A stretch of 64,000 nt of DNA from Candidatus Zixiibacteriota bacterium (GTDB lineage: Bacteria; UBP14; UBA6098; JBKHBT01), in the NCBI GenBank assembly GCA_046542255.1, contig JBKHBT010000004.1:13442-77441 (forward strand), given 5' to 3'. The first letter of the stretch is position 1; each line of letters begins with the position of its first letter. The position numbers and the translations under genes were made by a program. Shown here one piece after another: positions 29,758 to 39,245 of this stretch. Below the pieces are notes generated by a model. The model was not told the origin of the DNA. It ran no database searches and saw only the letters and a list, made by a program, of their open reading frames with translations.

Positions 29758-30753
29758 TTAAAAGTGTCTAAACCCCTTGAATCTGTCATTATTAATCATC
29801 TCACCTTTGTAAAAAACTTCATAACCGGAATCAATAATTTGTCCAATTGGCCAGATATTCCCGTATATTGCCTTTTGTGCCTTCTGGAGATTCTTCTCGG
29901 ACATCGTCATTATAAGTTCGAATTCCTCGCCGGAATTGGCTGCATCAATATGCATTTTCTTTTTATCTGCATAGAAGTCTTTGATACTCTTGTCGATATT
30001 TATTTTATCTAAATGGATTATTGCGCCTTTATTGGATGCATCTAAGATATGCTTTAGGTCGGCGATGAGTCCATCGGAAATATCAGCCATAGAATGGACA
30101 ATATTAAGTTCGCTAAGAGCCTTTGCAATCTCGAGTCTGGGTTTTGGACAAATGAATTTTTCTAATATTCTATTTGAGCTGATAACATCATCGGTCAGCA
30201 ATTTATTCAAGGCAAAGCCACTTCTTCCGATATCGCCAGTTATGCAAATTATGTCGTCAGTCCGGGCTTGGGAGCGTTTTATCGGATAATCGACATAGCC
30301 CACAGCAGTGGTAACAATCTTAATCCCATTGGTAGATTTGGCAATATTGCCACCTTTTAGTTCGATATCGAATTCATCTGTGAATCGTGCGATTCCTTTA
30401 TATATCTCAAGAATATGGCTTTCTTCGAGGTTATCGGGAATTGCAATAGCGGTAAGGATTGCCCCGGATGATGCACCGCAGGCCGCCAAATCGGAAACAG
30501 CAGCAGAAACAGCACGATAGCCTATCTGTATAAAATCCAGCCAATTTCTTCTATAATGAATATCTTCCGACATCTCATCACATGTCAAGACGATATAGCC
30601 ATTCCCTGATGGAATAAATGCAGCATCATCGCTTGAGTCTAAAGCTGAAAATAGCGAAGAAATTTTATCTATTAATTCAAACTCACCATATTTCATATTA
30701 TAAATATAAGATTCGAATGCAAAAGAGAAAGGATAAAATAATAATGGAATCAA
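29758..30753 (-). CDS. thiL: thiamine-monophosphate kinase
   Basis: AIR-synthase-related fold. DDAAFIPSGNGYIVLTCDEMSEDIHY and ISDGLIADL motifs. 331 aa. Confidence 0.8.
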   Translation of the reverse strand: MIPLLFYPFSFAFESYIYNMKYGEFELIDKISSLFSALDSSDDAAFIPSGNGYIVLTCDEMSEDIHYRRNWLDFIQIGYRAVSAAVSDLAACGASSGAILTAIAIPDNLEESHILEIYKGIARFTDEFDIELKGGNIAKSTNGIKIVTTAVGYVDYPIKRSQARTDDIICITGDIGRSGFALNKLLTDDVISSNRILEKFICPKPRLEIAKALSELNIVHSMADISDGLIADLKHILDASNKGAIIHLDKINIDKSIKDFYADKKKMHIDAANSGEEFELIMTMSEKNLQKAQKAIYGNIWPIGQIIDSGYEVFYKGEMINNDRFKGFRHF

Positions 30754-30759
30754 TCGATT

Positions 30760-31380
30760 TTATCTATCATGGGGTGCAAGATTCGGCTCGGGAATTAGCA
30801 TTCCAGAATAATGCTTGGCAAACTCTTCAGAAGCACCTGGTCCATTAGCGGTTATAATATTTTTATATACGACAACTGTCTTGTCCACATACATCGCATC
30901 GCATTTTTTTAGCTCATCGCTTGCGCTTTTGTATGCTGTGGCCGCAGTGTTTTCGAGTAAACCAGCCCTTGCCAAAATCACAGGTGCCAGGCAGATTGCA
31001 CCGAGCGGTTTCTCGGCCTGATTGAATTCTTTAGCAAGAGACTGAGCATTCTTATTATCCCAAAGGCTTTGTGCTCCGACACCACCTACAAAGATAATGC
31101 CATCGAAACTACCAGGGTTTATATTTTCAATCAAGATATCGGGTTTTGCTTTTCCGCCTTTCATGCCAGTGGCTTCATCGAGTGTAGTGGAAGCGATCGT
31201 AACCTTAGCTCCATTGCTTTCGAGGACTTTTTTGGGTATATCGAGCTCTTCGTCCCGATAGTTCTTTTCGGAAATCACTATGACAACCTTTTTGCCGTTC
31301 AATGGTGTATTCTCAGCTAACATACTAAAAACTAGTATGACAAACAGTACAAAAGATAGCTTCTTCATTTTATCCTCCAT
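30760..31380 (-). CDS. exported DJ-1/PfpI family protein
   Basis: Signal peptide MKKLSFVLFVILVFSMLA. DJ-1/PfpI core with nucleophile-elbow Cys in PLGAICLAPVILARAG. DGIIFVGGVG motif. Confidence 0.75.
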   Translation of the reverse strand: MEDKMKKLSFVLFVILVFSMLAENTPLNGKKVVIVISEKNYRDEELDIPKKVLESNGAKVTIASTTLDEATGMKGGKAKPDILIENINPGSFDGIIFVGGVGAQSLWDNKNAQSLAKEFNQAEKPLGAICLAPVILARAGLLENTAATAYKSASDELKKCDAMYVDKTVVVYKNIITANGPGASEEFAKHYSGMLIPEPNLAPHDR

Positions 31381-31440
31381 GTATTTAACTCTAATCTATA
31401 TATTAAGATAGCTAATAGAAAGCCTAATAGCAAATATATA

Positions 31441-31471
31441 ATAAAAAAAGGCCGCCAAAAAAGACGGCCTT
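31441..31471 (-). terminator. rho-independent terminator downstream of the TonB-dependent receptor gene
   Basis: On the minus strand: stem AAGGCCG, 10-nt loop, stem CGGCCTT, then a run of 9 U (plus-strand A-run 31441-31449). Confidence 0.7.
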
Positions 31472-31493
31472 GAAAACTTTATTATTATTGGAT

Positions 31494-33707
31494 TTAGATA
31501 TCCATACCTGCGCTAATAACGAAATTCCTGATAGGCGCAATGCCCTTCTCGACTTCAGAGTAATGGTACTGAAAGACATTATTGACTTTCAATGTAACAT
31601 AATAATCGCCAAAATCGAAATTATGGCCAATGTCGAGAACCTTCTCGGGAACCGATGGCGAATTCGGATAGAGTTCGAAAGTCCTATCGCTTTTGTATCT
31701 CCATGCAGCGGTAAGTGATAAGTTTTCTGTATATTTTAACCTACCGGAAATATTGACATTATGATCAGGCCTATATGAAAGCTTCTCGCCGGTATCGATA
31801 TCTTTTGAATCAGTATAGAGATAATTGGCAGATAAAGAACCGAATTTGGCCTGAAGGTTAAGAGTTATCTCGGTGCCCATAACTCTAGACCGGTCGAGAT
31901 TTACAAATCTTGCAGTTGTAGTTCCTTCATCGGCTTTTGGTTCGATCATGTCATCGTACCATGTCGAGAAAAGGGCTACATCGAAAGTTGACCACGGTAG
32001 CAAAATATTTCCACCGATCTCTGCGGAATATGATGTCTCTGCTTCCAGTTCGGGATTAGGGCGAATTTCAGCAGCCGAAACTGTTACCTGTGTGAAAAGC
32101 TCTGCCATTGTAGGTACCCTATACCCAGTGCCAAAGCTCGATCTAAAAGCGATATTATCTGCTGCCTGATATACAAGGCCGGCTTTGGGATTGAGCATAT
32201 AGTATGTTTTTCCTGTAGGAACATCGAAGAAATCACCTCTTGCACCAATAGATAGCTTGAATGGATCAAAAGCCTTGATCTCATCCTGTGCAAATAATGC
32301 AGCACCATAGCCAATACGCTCGCCGTATAAAATCGATTCTACTGTGGATAAATTCAAATCGCCACCAACTGTGAAGTGATGCTCATCGGAAGAATTATAG
32401 CTAATCTGCGAGCTGATGCCTGATTTGCTACTGGATGCATAGAGCCTTTCAAGATTATTTTCCGCATCTGCGGCATACTGACGGGAATCCCAATCATCGA
32501 TAAAGCTGTGTGCTTTAACTGTGATAAATCGCTTTTTGTCGATGTTTCTGTCATTGTAGATCGCATTTACATTAAGTCTTCGTGAGAAAATACGGTCATC
32601 GCGTTCTTCTTCCGGGACACTCAAAGCCTCTACAACATTTTTCCAGTCGAGATATTGTCCATGGTCATTATATGAGCCATTTGCAGAGAAAGTAAAGTCT
32701 GAAGATGCATCTGGTGCGTATTTGACCTTTCCAAATAGCGATGCTCTTTTAGAATAATCGATCATTCTGTAGCTATCATCCATTTTTTCGGATAAGCTAA
32801 AGACAGATGACCATTTATCATTCCATGTATTGGTATGTTTAATATTAATCGAGTGAAAAAGTCTCGTCTCATCTGACCAGCGCCACTGTTCATAGTAAGG
32901 TTTGTCCCATACTCCCACATCAGTGCTGACGTGGAAATGTGAACCATTTTTCGGCTCTTCTGTAATTATATTGATAACACCGCCAAGCGCTCCGGAGCCA
33001 TAAAGTGCGCTTCCGGCATTTTTAACCATTTCGATTTGCTTGATATGCGTTAGTCCGAGCGCATCCCATTTGATCTGCCCAGAATCGCCGGCGAGCATAG
33101 GAACACCATCGACCATAAGCAAAACTCTCGAGCCAACTCCATAGGAGAAGCCCGAGCAATTTCTAAGAGCGATAGATTCTTGGCTCATTGTAACACCGGG
33201 TGCATTTTTCATAACATCTTTGACATCATAAGCCTTAGCATCATCGACAGCCGTCTTGTCCAAAACAGTAACAGTTACAGGCGAGTCCTGTAGGTTCTGC
33301 TTGGTACGATTTGCGGTAACAATGACTGGTTGCATAGTCTGTGCATGGCTCTCTAGCTTGATTTTATGGAACACATCATCTGGAATACTTATTATTACAG
33401 TATCGGATTTATATCCAACTCTGGAGATAATCATCGTATATGTTCCTTCTTCTAAGTTAGATATAAAGAAATTACCATCGAAATCGCATGAAGCGCCTTT
33501 GCCTTCGCCAACAATCACAATATTAGCCCCGGCCAGAGGCTCGCCGCTATCTTCTTCTACCACATTACCTGTAAAGGTATGGGACATAAGTGAAGTTATG
33601 CCGAACAAACAAAACATCAAAATCACATAATTCTTTGCAATTTTCATTTTCTGTCTCTTGTTTATAATTATTTTTTCATAATCGAAATTAAATCTATAGA
33701 CTGTCAT
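31494..33707 (-). CDS. TonB-dependent outer membrane receptor with N-terminal CarboxypepD_reg-like domain
   Basis: N-terminal GNVVEEDSGEPLAGANIVIVGEGKGASCDFDGNFFISNLEEGTYTMIISRVGYKSD (carboxypeptidase-regulatory-like). Plug and 22-strand barrel. C-terminal aromatic end (AGMDI). Likely true start at MKIAKNY (33647). Confidence 0.85.
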   Translation of the reverse strand: MTVYRFNFDYEKIIINKRQKMKIAKNYVILMFCLFGITSLMSHTFTGNVVEEDSGEPLAGANIVIVGEGKGASCDFDGNFFISNLEEGTYTMIISRVGYKSDTVIISIPDDVFHKIKLESHAQTMQPVIVTANRTKQNLQDSPVTVTVLDKTAVDDAKAYDVKDVMKNAPGVTMSQESIALRNCSGFSYGVGSRVLLMVDGVPMLAGDSGQIKWDALGLTHIKQIEMVKNAGSALYGSGALGGVINIITEEPKNGSHFHVSTDVGVWDKPYYEQWRWSDETRLFHSINIKHTNTWNDKWSSVFSLSEKMDDSYRMIDYSKRASLFGKVKYAPDASSDFTFSANGSYNDHGQYLDWKNVVEALSVPEEERDDRIFSRRLNVNAIYNDRNIDKKRFITVKAHSFIDDWDSRQYAADAENNLERLYASSSKSGISSQISYNSSDEHHFTVGGDLNLSTVESILYGERIGYGAALFAQDEIKAFDPFKLSIGARGDFFDVPTGKTYYMLNPKAGLVYQAADNIAFRSSFGTGYRVPTMAELFTQVTVSAAEIRPNPELEAETSYSAEIGGNILLPWSTFDVALFSTWYDDMIEPKADEGTTTARFVNLDRSRVMGTEITLNLQAKFGSLSANYLYTDSKDIDTGEKLSYRPDHNVNISGRLKYTENLSLTAAWRYKSDRTFELYPNSPSVPEKVLDIGHNFDFGDYYVTLKVNNVFQYHYSEVEKGIAPIRNFVISAGMDI

Positions 33708-34165
33708 GGTATATACACCTCGTCAAAGTTTACGTATAAAGTACCTGCATAGAAGTTATCATTTTCGATGACAACCTGGCCGGCTTCATCGGGGTCGTCA
33801 GGCTCGGTATATTGGGTCAATACATTTCTTTGATCGACTGAATCAGCATTACCAATTGCAGCCACAAAAAGCCAGTTGTATCTTCCTCTTTCATCAGGTT
33901 GAATTTCATAATCATAGGAAACAGGTTCTTCTTCGAAAGGAATGTTTTCAAAAGCAACAAGATAGCTCAAATCTAATGCATCATCTGGTGGCCGGTCTTT
34001 AGCCAATACGACAAAAGCATTGGTTATATTATCTGGCCATTCGCCTTCGAAAACTACAGTACCATAGACGGTCGAGCCTAAAGGTTCTATCCCATGGTCC
34101 TTACAACCTGCAATCAAAATTAAAAATATAAAGAGAGTCAAAGGAACTATATTTTTTCTATTCAT
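33704..34165 (-). CDS. small lipoprotein co-oriented with the TonB-dependent receptor
   Basis: Lipobox LILIAGCKDHG. 153 aa. No recognisable domain. Confidence 0.5.
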   Translation of the reverse strand: MNRKNIVPLTLFIFLILIAGCKDHGIEPLGSTVYGTVVFEGEWPDNITNAFVVLAKDRPPDDALDLSYLVAFENIPFEEEPVSYDYEIQPDERGRYNWLFVAAIGNADSVDQRNVLTQYTEPDDPDEAGQVVIENDNFYAGTLYVNFDEVYIP

Positions 34166-34302
34166 ATTTATCTCCCTACCGTTTCAAAGAATATAAACTA
34201 TACTCCAGTTTTCAATTCGTCAAGAATTAATTCAAATGTATGCTCACAAATTTTTCTTTTTTTGGTTAAGCTAATTTTCACTAAATTTCTTTTTTTACTA
34301 AC

Positions 34303-34331
34303 TTGACTTTGTGAGCTATGGCATATAAATT
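34303..34331 (+). promoter_or_regulatory. candidate sigma70-like promoter for the acyltransferase-waaA-lpxK operon
   Basis: TTGACT (34303-34308), 15-17 nt spacer, TATAAAT (34324-34330). Only ~10 nt before the ATG at 34343, implying a very short leader. Weak call. Confidence 0.25.
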
Positions 34332-34342
34332 AGCCGATTGAT

Positions 34343-34939
34343 ATGAAAGAGAAGATATATGCATTCATCATACGTTCTTTGTTAAGGTGTATTGGTTTCA
34401 CCTGGCGGGTAAAATTTGAGCTGTCACATTTGCCCTTGAATAAAAGGTTTATCTATATATTTTGGCACAGGTATATTCTTCCGCTCGCATACTTATATAG
34501 AAATCAGGATATTGGCATAATTGTCAGCGAGAGCAAGGATGGCGAGATAATTAGCCAGGTCATTCTGAAGATGGGTTATACGCCAATTCGCGGCTCCAGT
34601 TCCAGAGGAGGAAGTAAAGCACTCCGTAAATCGGTTAAATTTCTACGGAATGACGGAGTGCTGGCAATTACGCCGGATGGCCCAAGAGGCCCACTTTATA
34701 AAGCACAAAAAGGTTTCGAAATCGCCGCAAAGATGGCAAAAGTCAAGATTGTGCCGATTTGTGTCGAAGCAAAACCTGCCTGGCGACTTAAAACATGGGA
34801 TAAGATGCTTATACCAATGCCATTTGCGAAAATCACTGTAAGAAGCAAGCAGCCAATAGATGGAAGTGCCGAGTCGGTATATCAGGATGTCTCCGATGCT
34901 CTGATGGGCCTCGAAAAATGGGAAGATGAAATTGAATAG
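34343..34939 (+). CDS. lysophospholipid acyltransferase-like protein (DUF374 family, commonly linked to waaA)
   Basis: 198 aa, ...WHRYILPLAYLY ... TPDGPRGPLYKAQKGFEIAAKMAKVKIVPI. Overlaps the waaA start by 14 nt. Confidence 0.65.
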   Translation: MKEKIYAFIIRSLLRCIGFTWRVKFELSHLPLNKRFIYIFWHRYILPLAYLYRNQDIGIIVSESKDGEIISQVILKMGYTPIRGSSSRGGSKALRKSVKFLRNDGVLAITPDGPRGPLYKAQKGFEIAAKMAKVKIVPICVEAKPAWRLKTWDKMLIPMPFAKITVRSKQPIDGSAESVYQDVSDALMGLEKWEDEIE

Positions 34940-36179
34940 ACTATTGAGAATAATAATGAATACTCTAATAACGCTGGTTCTTGTGGTATTTTGGCCAATT
35001 CTAATAATCATATCGATTATTGCAAGAGATAAGCTCTCTCACAGGCTAGGAATCTGGGGAGATTTACCCGATGATTTTTATTGGATACATGCTGCATCTA
35101 TGGGTGAGACCAAAGTGGCTCTTATCTTCGCAAGCATGATAAGGAGATATGACAGCGAAACCGAAATACTATTTACCGTTACAACGCCTACTGGATATCG
35201 TTTTCTTAAAGAAAGTCTTCCAGAAAAAGCACAGGTCAGGATTCTTCCGGTCGATTATCCTCTATTTGTGAAAATTGCATTAGGCCAAACTGGAAATATA
35301 AAAGGCTTTTTTATGGTTGAGACAGAATATTGGTTCAATCTTATGAGTGAATTAAAAAAAAGGCATGTACCAATTTATGTAATAAACGGCCGATTATCTG
35401 ATTCGACTATGAGATTTGTGAAGTTTTTAGGCCAAGATTTAGTTAAGAATATTCAATGTTTTTGCGTGACAGGTAGGGAAGTTGAAGTCAATCTTCGGAA
35501 GCTGGGAATCCAGCCAGAAAAGATTAGAATATGCGGCAATCTTAAGTCTTCGATCGATGTCCCCAGCGAAATCGATTCCGATTTCGAATTTCTCGATAAA
35601 GACGATTTCATCGTTTGCGGAAGCACAAGGCCGGGGGAAGAAGAGATCATTCTCGATTCTTTTAGCAGGATAAAAGAAAAATTCCCAGAAATAAAAATGA
35701 TAATTGCCCCCAGACATCTAAGAAGGATTTCCACAATAGAAAAAATATTAGATGACAGGAATATGTCTTTTGCGAAGCTATCCGAAATGAAAATCGATGA
35801 TATCATATTGCTCGACTCCATGGGAGTTTTGCAACAAATCTATCAAAAAGCCAGGATTGCCTTTATAGGTGGCACTCTAATTGATTTCGGCGGGCATAAC
35901 CCTTTGGAAGCTGCTGTTTTCGCCAGGCCGGTTCTATTTGGCCCTTATTATAGCTCTGCAAAAGATTCCTACGAAACGCTGCTCGACACAAAAGGCGGTT
36001 TCTTAATTCGAAATAGCGATGAATTTGCCAGAATCAGCGAAAAACTCCTGAGCGATGATAGTCTATGGAATAATTCTGGTAAAAATGCCAAAAAGGCTGT
36101 TGATAGGCTTTCCAATGGCAATAGAAATTACTATGATTTTATAAAAGAACTTGTTTATTCAGAATTAGAGGCGATATGA
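34926..36179 (+). CDS. waaA: 3-deoxy-D-manno-octulosonic acid (Kdo) transferase
   Basis: N-terminal membrane anchor. IHAASMGE motif (WaaA HxxSxGE). GT-B fold C-terminal half (LEAAVFARPVLFGP). Confidence 0.85.
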   Translation: MKLNRLLRIIMNTLITLVLVVFWPILIIISIIARDKLSHRLGIWGDLPDDFYWIHAASMGETKVALIFASMIRRYDSETEILFTVTTPTGYRFLKESLPEKAQVRILPVDYPLFVKIALGQTGNIKGFFMVETEYWFNLMSELKKRHVPIYVINGRLSDSTMRFVKFLGQDLVKNIQCFCVTGREVEVNLRKLGIQPEKIRICGNLKSSIDVPSEIDSDFEFLDKDDFIVCGSTRPGEEEIILDSFSRIKEKFPEIKMIIAPRHLRRISTIEKILDDRNMSFAKLSEMKIDDIILLDSMGVLQQIYQKARIAFIGGTLIDFGGHNPLEAAVFARPVLFGPYYSSAKDSYETLLDTKGGFLIRNSDEFARISEKLLSDDSLWNNSGKNAKKAVDRLSNGNRNYYDFIKELVYSELEAI

Positions 36180-37171
36180 TTTTTAGGTGGATTGTTTCTA
36201 AAATCTATTTTATGTTTATCCGGATTCGCCAATTTATATATAGTAAAGGCATCAAAAAGCGATACGAATCTCGATTACCGGTTGCCTCGATCGGCAGTAT
36301 CGAATTTGGCGGTACAGGGAAGACACCTATGGCGTATTATATCATCGAATATTTACAAAAGATGGGTTTTACGCCAATTTTGCTTAGTCGCGGTTATGGC
36401 CGCATGAAATCCGAGCAGGTGATAGCAAGAGGGCGCATTAAAAACGGAAGCCACAAAGATTTCGGTGATGAACCATATATGATAAATCAAAAGACGGCCT
36501 GTGATATGATAATCCATAAAGACCGCGCCGCATCGGCAAAAATTGCAGAAACGATGAATATAGAAAAGCCGGTATTGGTTCTCGATGATGGCTTTCAATA
36601 CATGAAACTAATCGCTGATATCGACATAATTCTTTTGACAGGCGGGACAAGTATTAAAGAACGTAAGATGTTTCCATTCAAGGATAAAGAGGGATATTCC
36701 ATGACATTTCGAGATAGCCCTAATCGGCTTAAGGAAGCCGATTTTATATTCATGAAGGATGAGAGAATCGATGATATAGATGATTTCTCTGATGCGGCAA
36801 AATATATTTTTAGCTATCGGGTGAATAACGATGCCGCATTTGATAAGGTTGTCCTTCTTTCTGCGATAGCTCGGAATGAACGTTTTTACGAAACGGCCAG
36901 CCAGTTTGATTGCGAGATCATCGAGCACTTTAAATTCAAGGATCATCATAATTATGAGCCAGGTGAACTTTCTTCGATCATTGCTTTTGCTTCGGGCCAT
37001 AATTGCGATGCAATTTTGACTACCGAAAAGGATTATTATAGAATACCTACCGAATTCCTTACCAAATTCAAGTTTATTCCGATAAGGATTGTCATCGAAA
37101 TCGAAAATGAGAATGATTTCATCGATAAATTTACCAAAAAGCTTGAGGGAAATTTGGAGATACTGTTTTGA
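36176..37171 (+). CDS. lpxK: tetraacyldisaccharide 4'-kinase
   Basis: P-loop SIGSIEFGGTGKTP. LLSRGYGR motif. ATGA overlap with waaA. Confidence 0.85.
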   Translation: MIFRWIVSKIYFMFIRIRQFIYSKGIKKRYESRLPVASIGSIEFGGTGKTPMAYYIIEYLQKMGFTPILLSRGYGRMKSEQVIARGRIKNGSHKDFGDEPYMINQKTACDMIIHKDRAASAKIAETMNIEKPVLVLDDGFQYMKLIADIDIILLTGGTSIKERKMFPFKDKEGYSMTFRDSPNRLKEADFIFMKDERIDDIDDFSDAAKYIFSYRVNNDAAFDKVVLLSAIARNERFYETASQFDCEIIEHFKFKDHHNYEPGELSSIIAFASGHNCDAILTTEKDYYRIPTEFLTKFKFIPIRIVIEIENENDFIDKFTKKLEGNLEILF

Positions 37172-38388
37172 GAATTCTTTTTGCAAATACCTTGCATTTC
37201 CGACATGGCGGGCCTTCGGTGCATACATTCGACCTTGTGGAGCTTTTAAGAAATGCGGGGCATTCGGCTGAGATATTCTCTATGAAGCATGAAAGAAACC
37301 TGGAATCTGAGATCGCTGAATATTTTCCGAGCAAGATAGACTATCCAGCATTACTCGAGGAAGGTGGCCTGAAGAATTCTCTGAAAGTACTATCCAGAAC
37401 TTTTTATAGCCGTGAATCTCAAAAAAACTTTGAAGCATTACTAGATCATTATAAACCCGATATCGTACATTTGCAAAACTATCTTCATCATCTTACGCCA
37501 TCTATTATCCGGCCTGCCAGAAAACGGGGCATTCCGGTATTCTGGACATTGCATGATTCTGTTCTTGTCTGTCCAAATACTAATCTTTTCAATGATCGCC
37601 TTCATGGGCCATGCACCAAATGCGATTCAACTTTCAAAAGGCTGATTAATCCAATAATCAATAAATGCAAAAAAGATTCTCGGGCAGCATCTTTCATAGC
37701 TTCATTAGAAGCATTGTCTTTTCAAATAATCGGACTTGAGAAAATGATTGATTTTTTTATATCACCCAGTAAATTTCTAATAGGCCAGTTAAATAAGATG
37801 GGTTTTCAGCGCAGGAATATTTATTATATTCCAAATTTTTCTAATTTCCCATCAAAAGATACACCGATTGGAGATTATGTCCTCTATTTTGGCCGAATTG
37901 AAAATGCAAAGGGTATTTTTGACCTTATTGAAGCTGTGGAGAGTATTCAGAATGATATCTCTCTTATAATTGCAGGTGGCGGCTCGAAGCAAGGAGAAAT
38001 TATCGAATCTGATAGAATACATTATATTGGGCATCTTGGCAAAGATGAATTAATCGATGCAATATCGAATTCGAGATTTACTGTGATGCCATCCATTTGC
38101 TATGAAAATGCACCGCTTACAGTGGCTGAATCGATGCTTCTTTCCAAGCCGGTAATAGGTTCTGATATCGGTGGTATTCCCGAGCTTATATCTCATGGTG
38201 AAACGGGATATATTTTCGAGCCAGGTAATACAAAAGAGCTTTCTGGATATATCAAAAAACTCTGGAATAGCCCGAATTTGGTTAAAAGAATGGGAAAGCG
38301 GGGAAGGACTATCGCGTCAGTGAGACATTCGCCACAAAAATATCTGAATGAATTAATGAAATTATATAAAAATTCGAGGGAGAAATAG
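37168..38388 (+). CDS. glycosyltransferase family 4 (GT-B) protein
   Basis: GT4 C-terminal motifs FGRIENAKG ... MPSICYENAPLTVAESMLLSKPVIGSDIGGIPELI ... GETGYIF (E-x7-E). Confidence 0.8.
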   Translation: MRILFANTLHFRHGGPSVHTFDLVELLRNAGHSAEIFSMKHERNLESEIAEYFPSKIDYPALLEEGGLKNSLKVLSRTFYSRESQKNFEALLDHYKPDIVHLQNYLHHLTPSIIRPARKRGIPVFWTLHDSVLVCPNTNLFNDRLHGPCTKCDSTFKRLINPIINKCKKDSRAASFIASLEALSFQIIGLEKMIDFFISPSKFLIGQLNKMGFQRRNIYYIPNFSNFPSKDTPIGDYVLYFGRIENAKGIFDLIEAVESIQNDISLIIAGGGSKQGEIIESDRIHYIGHLGKDELIDAISNSRFTVMPSICYENAPLTVAESMLLSKPVIGSDIGGIPELISHGETGYIFEPGNTKELSGYIKKLWNSPNLVKRMGKRGRTIASVRHSPQKYLNELMKLYKNSREK

Positions 38389-39242
38389 TGAAAATACTAA
38401 TGACTGGCTCGGAAGGAATGCTGGGCTCGGATATAATCGAAATATTGAAAAAAGAACATCAGGTAATCGGATTTGATAAAGAGCAATTGGATATAACTGA
38501 TCGCTCAGCTTTGGAAGCGGCTTTCAATATGCATCAGCCAGAACTGGTACTACACCTTGCAGCCCTTACTGATTTGGATTATTGCGAGCGCAATCCAGTC
38601 GATGCTTTCAAAGTCAATACCGAGGCAACTGCCGATATTGCCGAGCTTTGCGCACTTCATGGCAGCAATATGATATATATAAGCACAAGCGGAGTCTTTC
38701 AGGGTAATCGCAAAAAGCCTTATTCCGAAGATGATATACCAAACCCGGTGAGTATTTATGGGCAGAGTAAATATAATGGCGAAAAAGAGGTCAGGCGATT
38801 TCTCGATGACGACTCATGGCTTATTCTAAGAGCTGGCTGGCTCTTTGGAGGCGGCAATCGAGATAAAAAATTCGTTGGTAAAATGTATAAGCTTATGAAA
38901 AAACTCGATGAAGTAAAAGTAGTCGATGATATATATGGAAGCCCTGTCTATACTAAAGATTTTGGTGAAACGATACAATTTTTGATTGCGAAAAAGGCTT
39001 CTGGTCTTTATCATATAGTCAATGAGGGAATCGTTTCAAGATATGAAATCGCCCTCGAGATGAAAAGTATTGTAGGCTTCGATACTAAGACGCAAAGAGC
39101 ATCAGCGGACGAATTCCCTGCCGTTGCTCCAAGGCCTCCTATGGAAGGAATCGTCAGCCATAACCTGAAGGAAAGGTATGAATACAGGCTTCGAAACTGG
39201 AAAGAAGCACTCGGAGAATATTTAAAAAGACTGGATAAATAA
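38388..39242 (+). CDS. dTDP-4-dehydrorhamnose reductase-like NAD(P)-dependent sugar-nucleotide reductase (RmlD-type)
   Basis: Rossmann motif MKILMTGSEGMLG. YGQSKYNGE catalytic YxxxK. RmlD-like substrate-binding C-terminal region. Confidence 0.7.
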   Translation: MKILMTGSEGMLGSDIIEILKKEHQVIGFDKEQLDITDRSALEAAFNMHQPELVLHLAALTDLDYCERNPVDAFKVNTEATADIAELCALHGSNMIYISTSGVFQGNRKKPYSEDDIPNPVSIYGQSKYNGEKEVRRFLDDDSWLILRAGWLFGGGNRDKKFVGKMYKLMKKLDEVKVVDDIYGSPVYTKDFGETIQFLIAKKASGLYHIVNEGIVSRYEIALEMKSIVGFDTKTQRASADEFPAVAPRPPMEGIVSHNLKERYEYRLRNWKEALGEYLKRLDK

Positions 39243-39245
39243 TTT

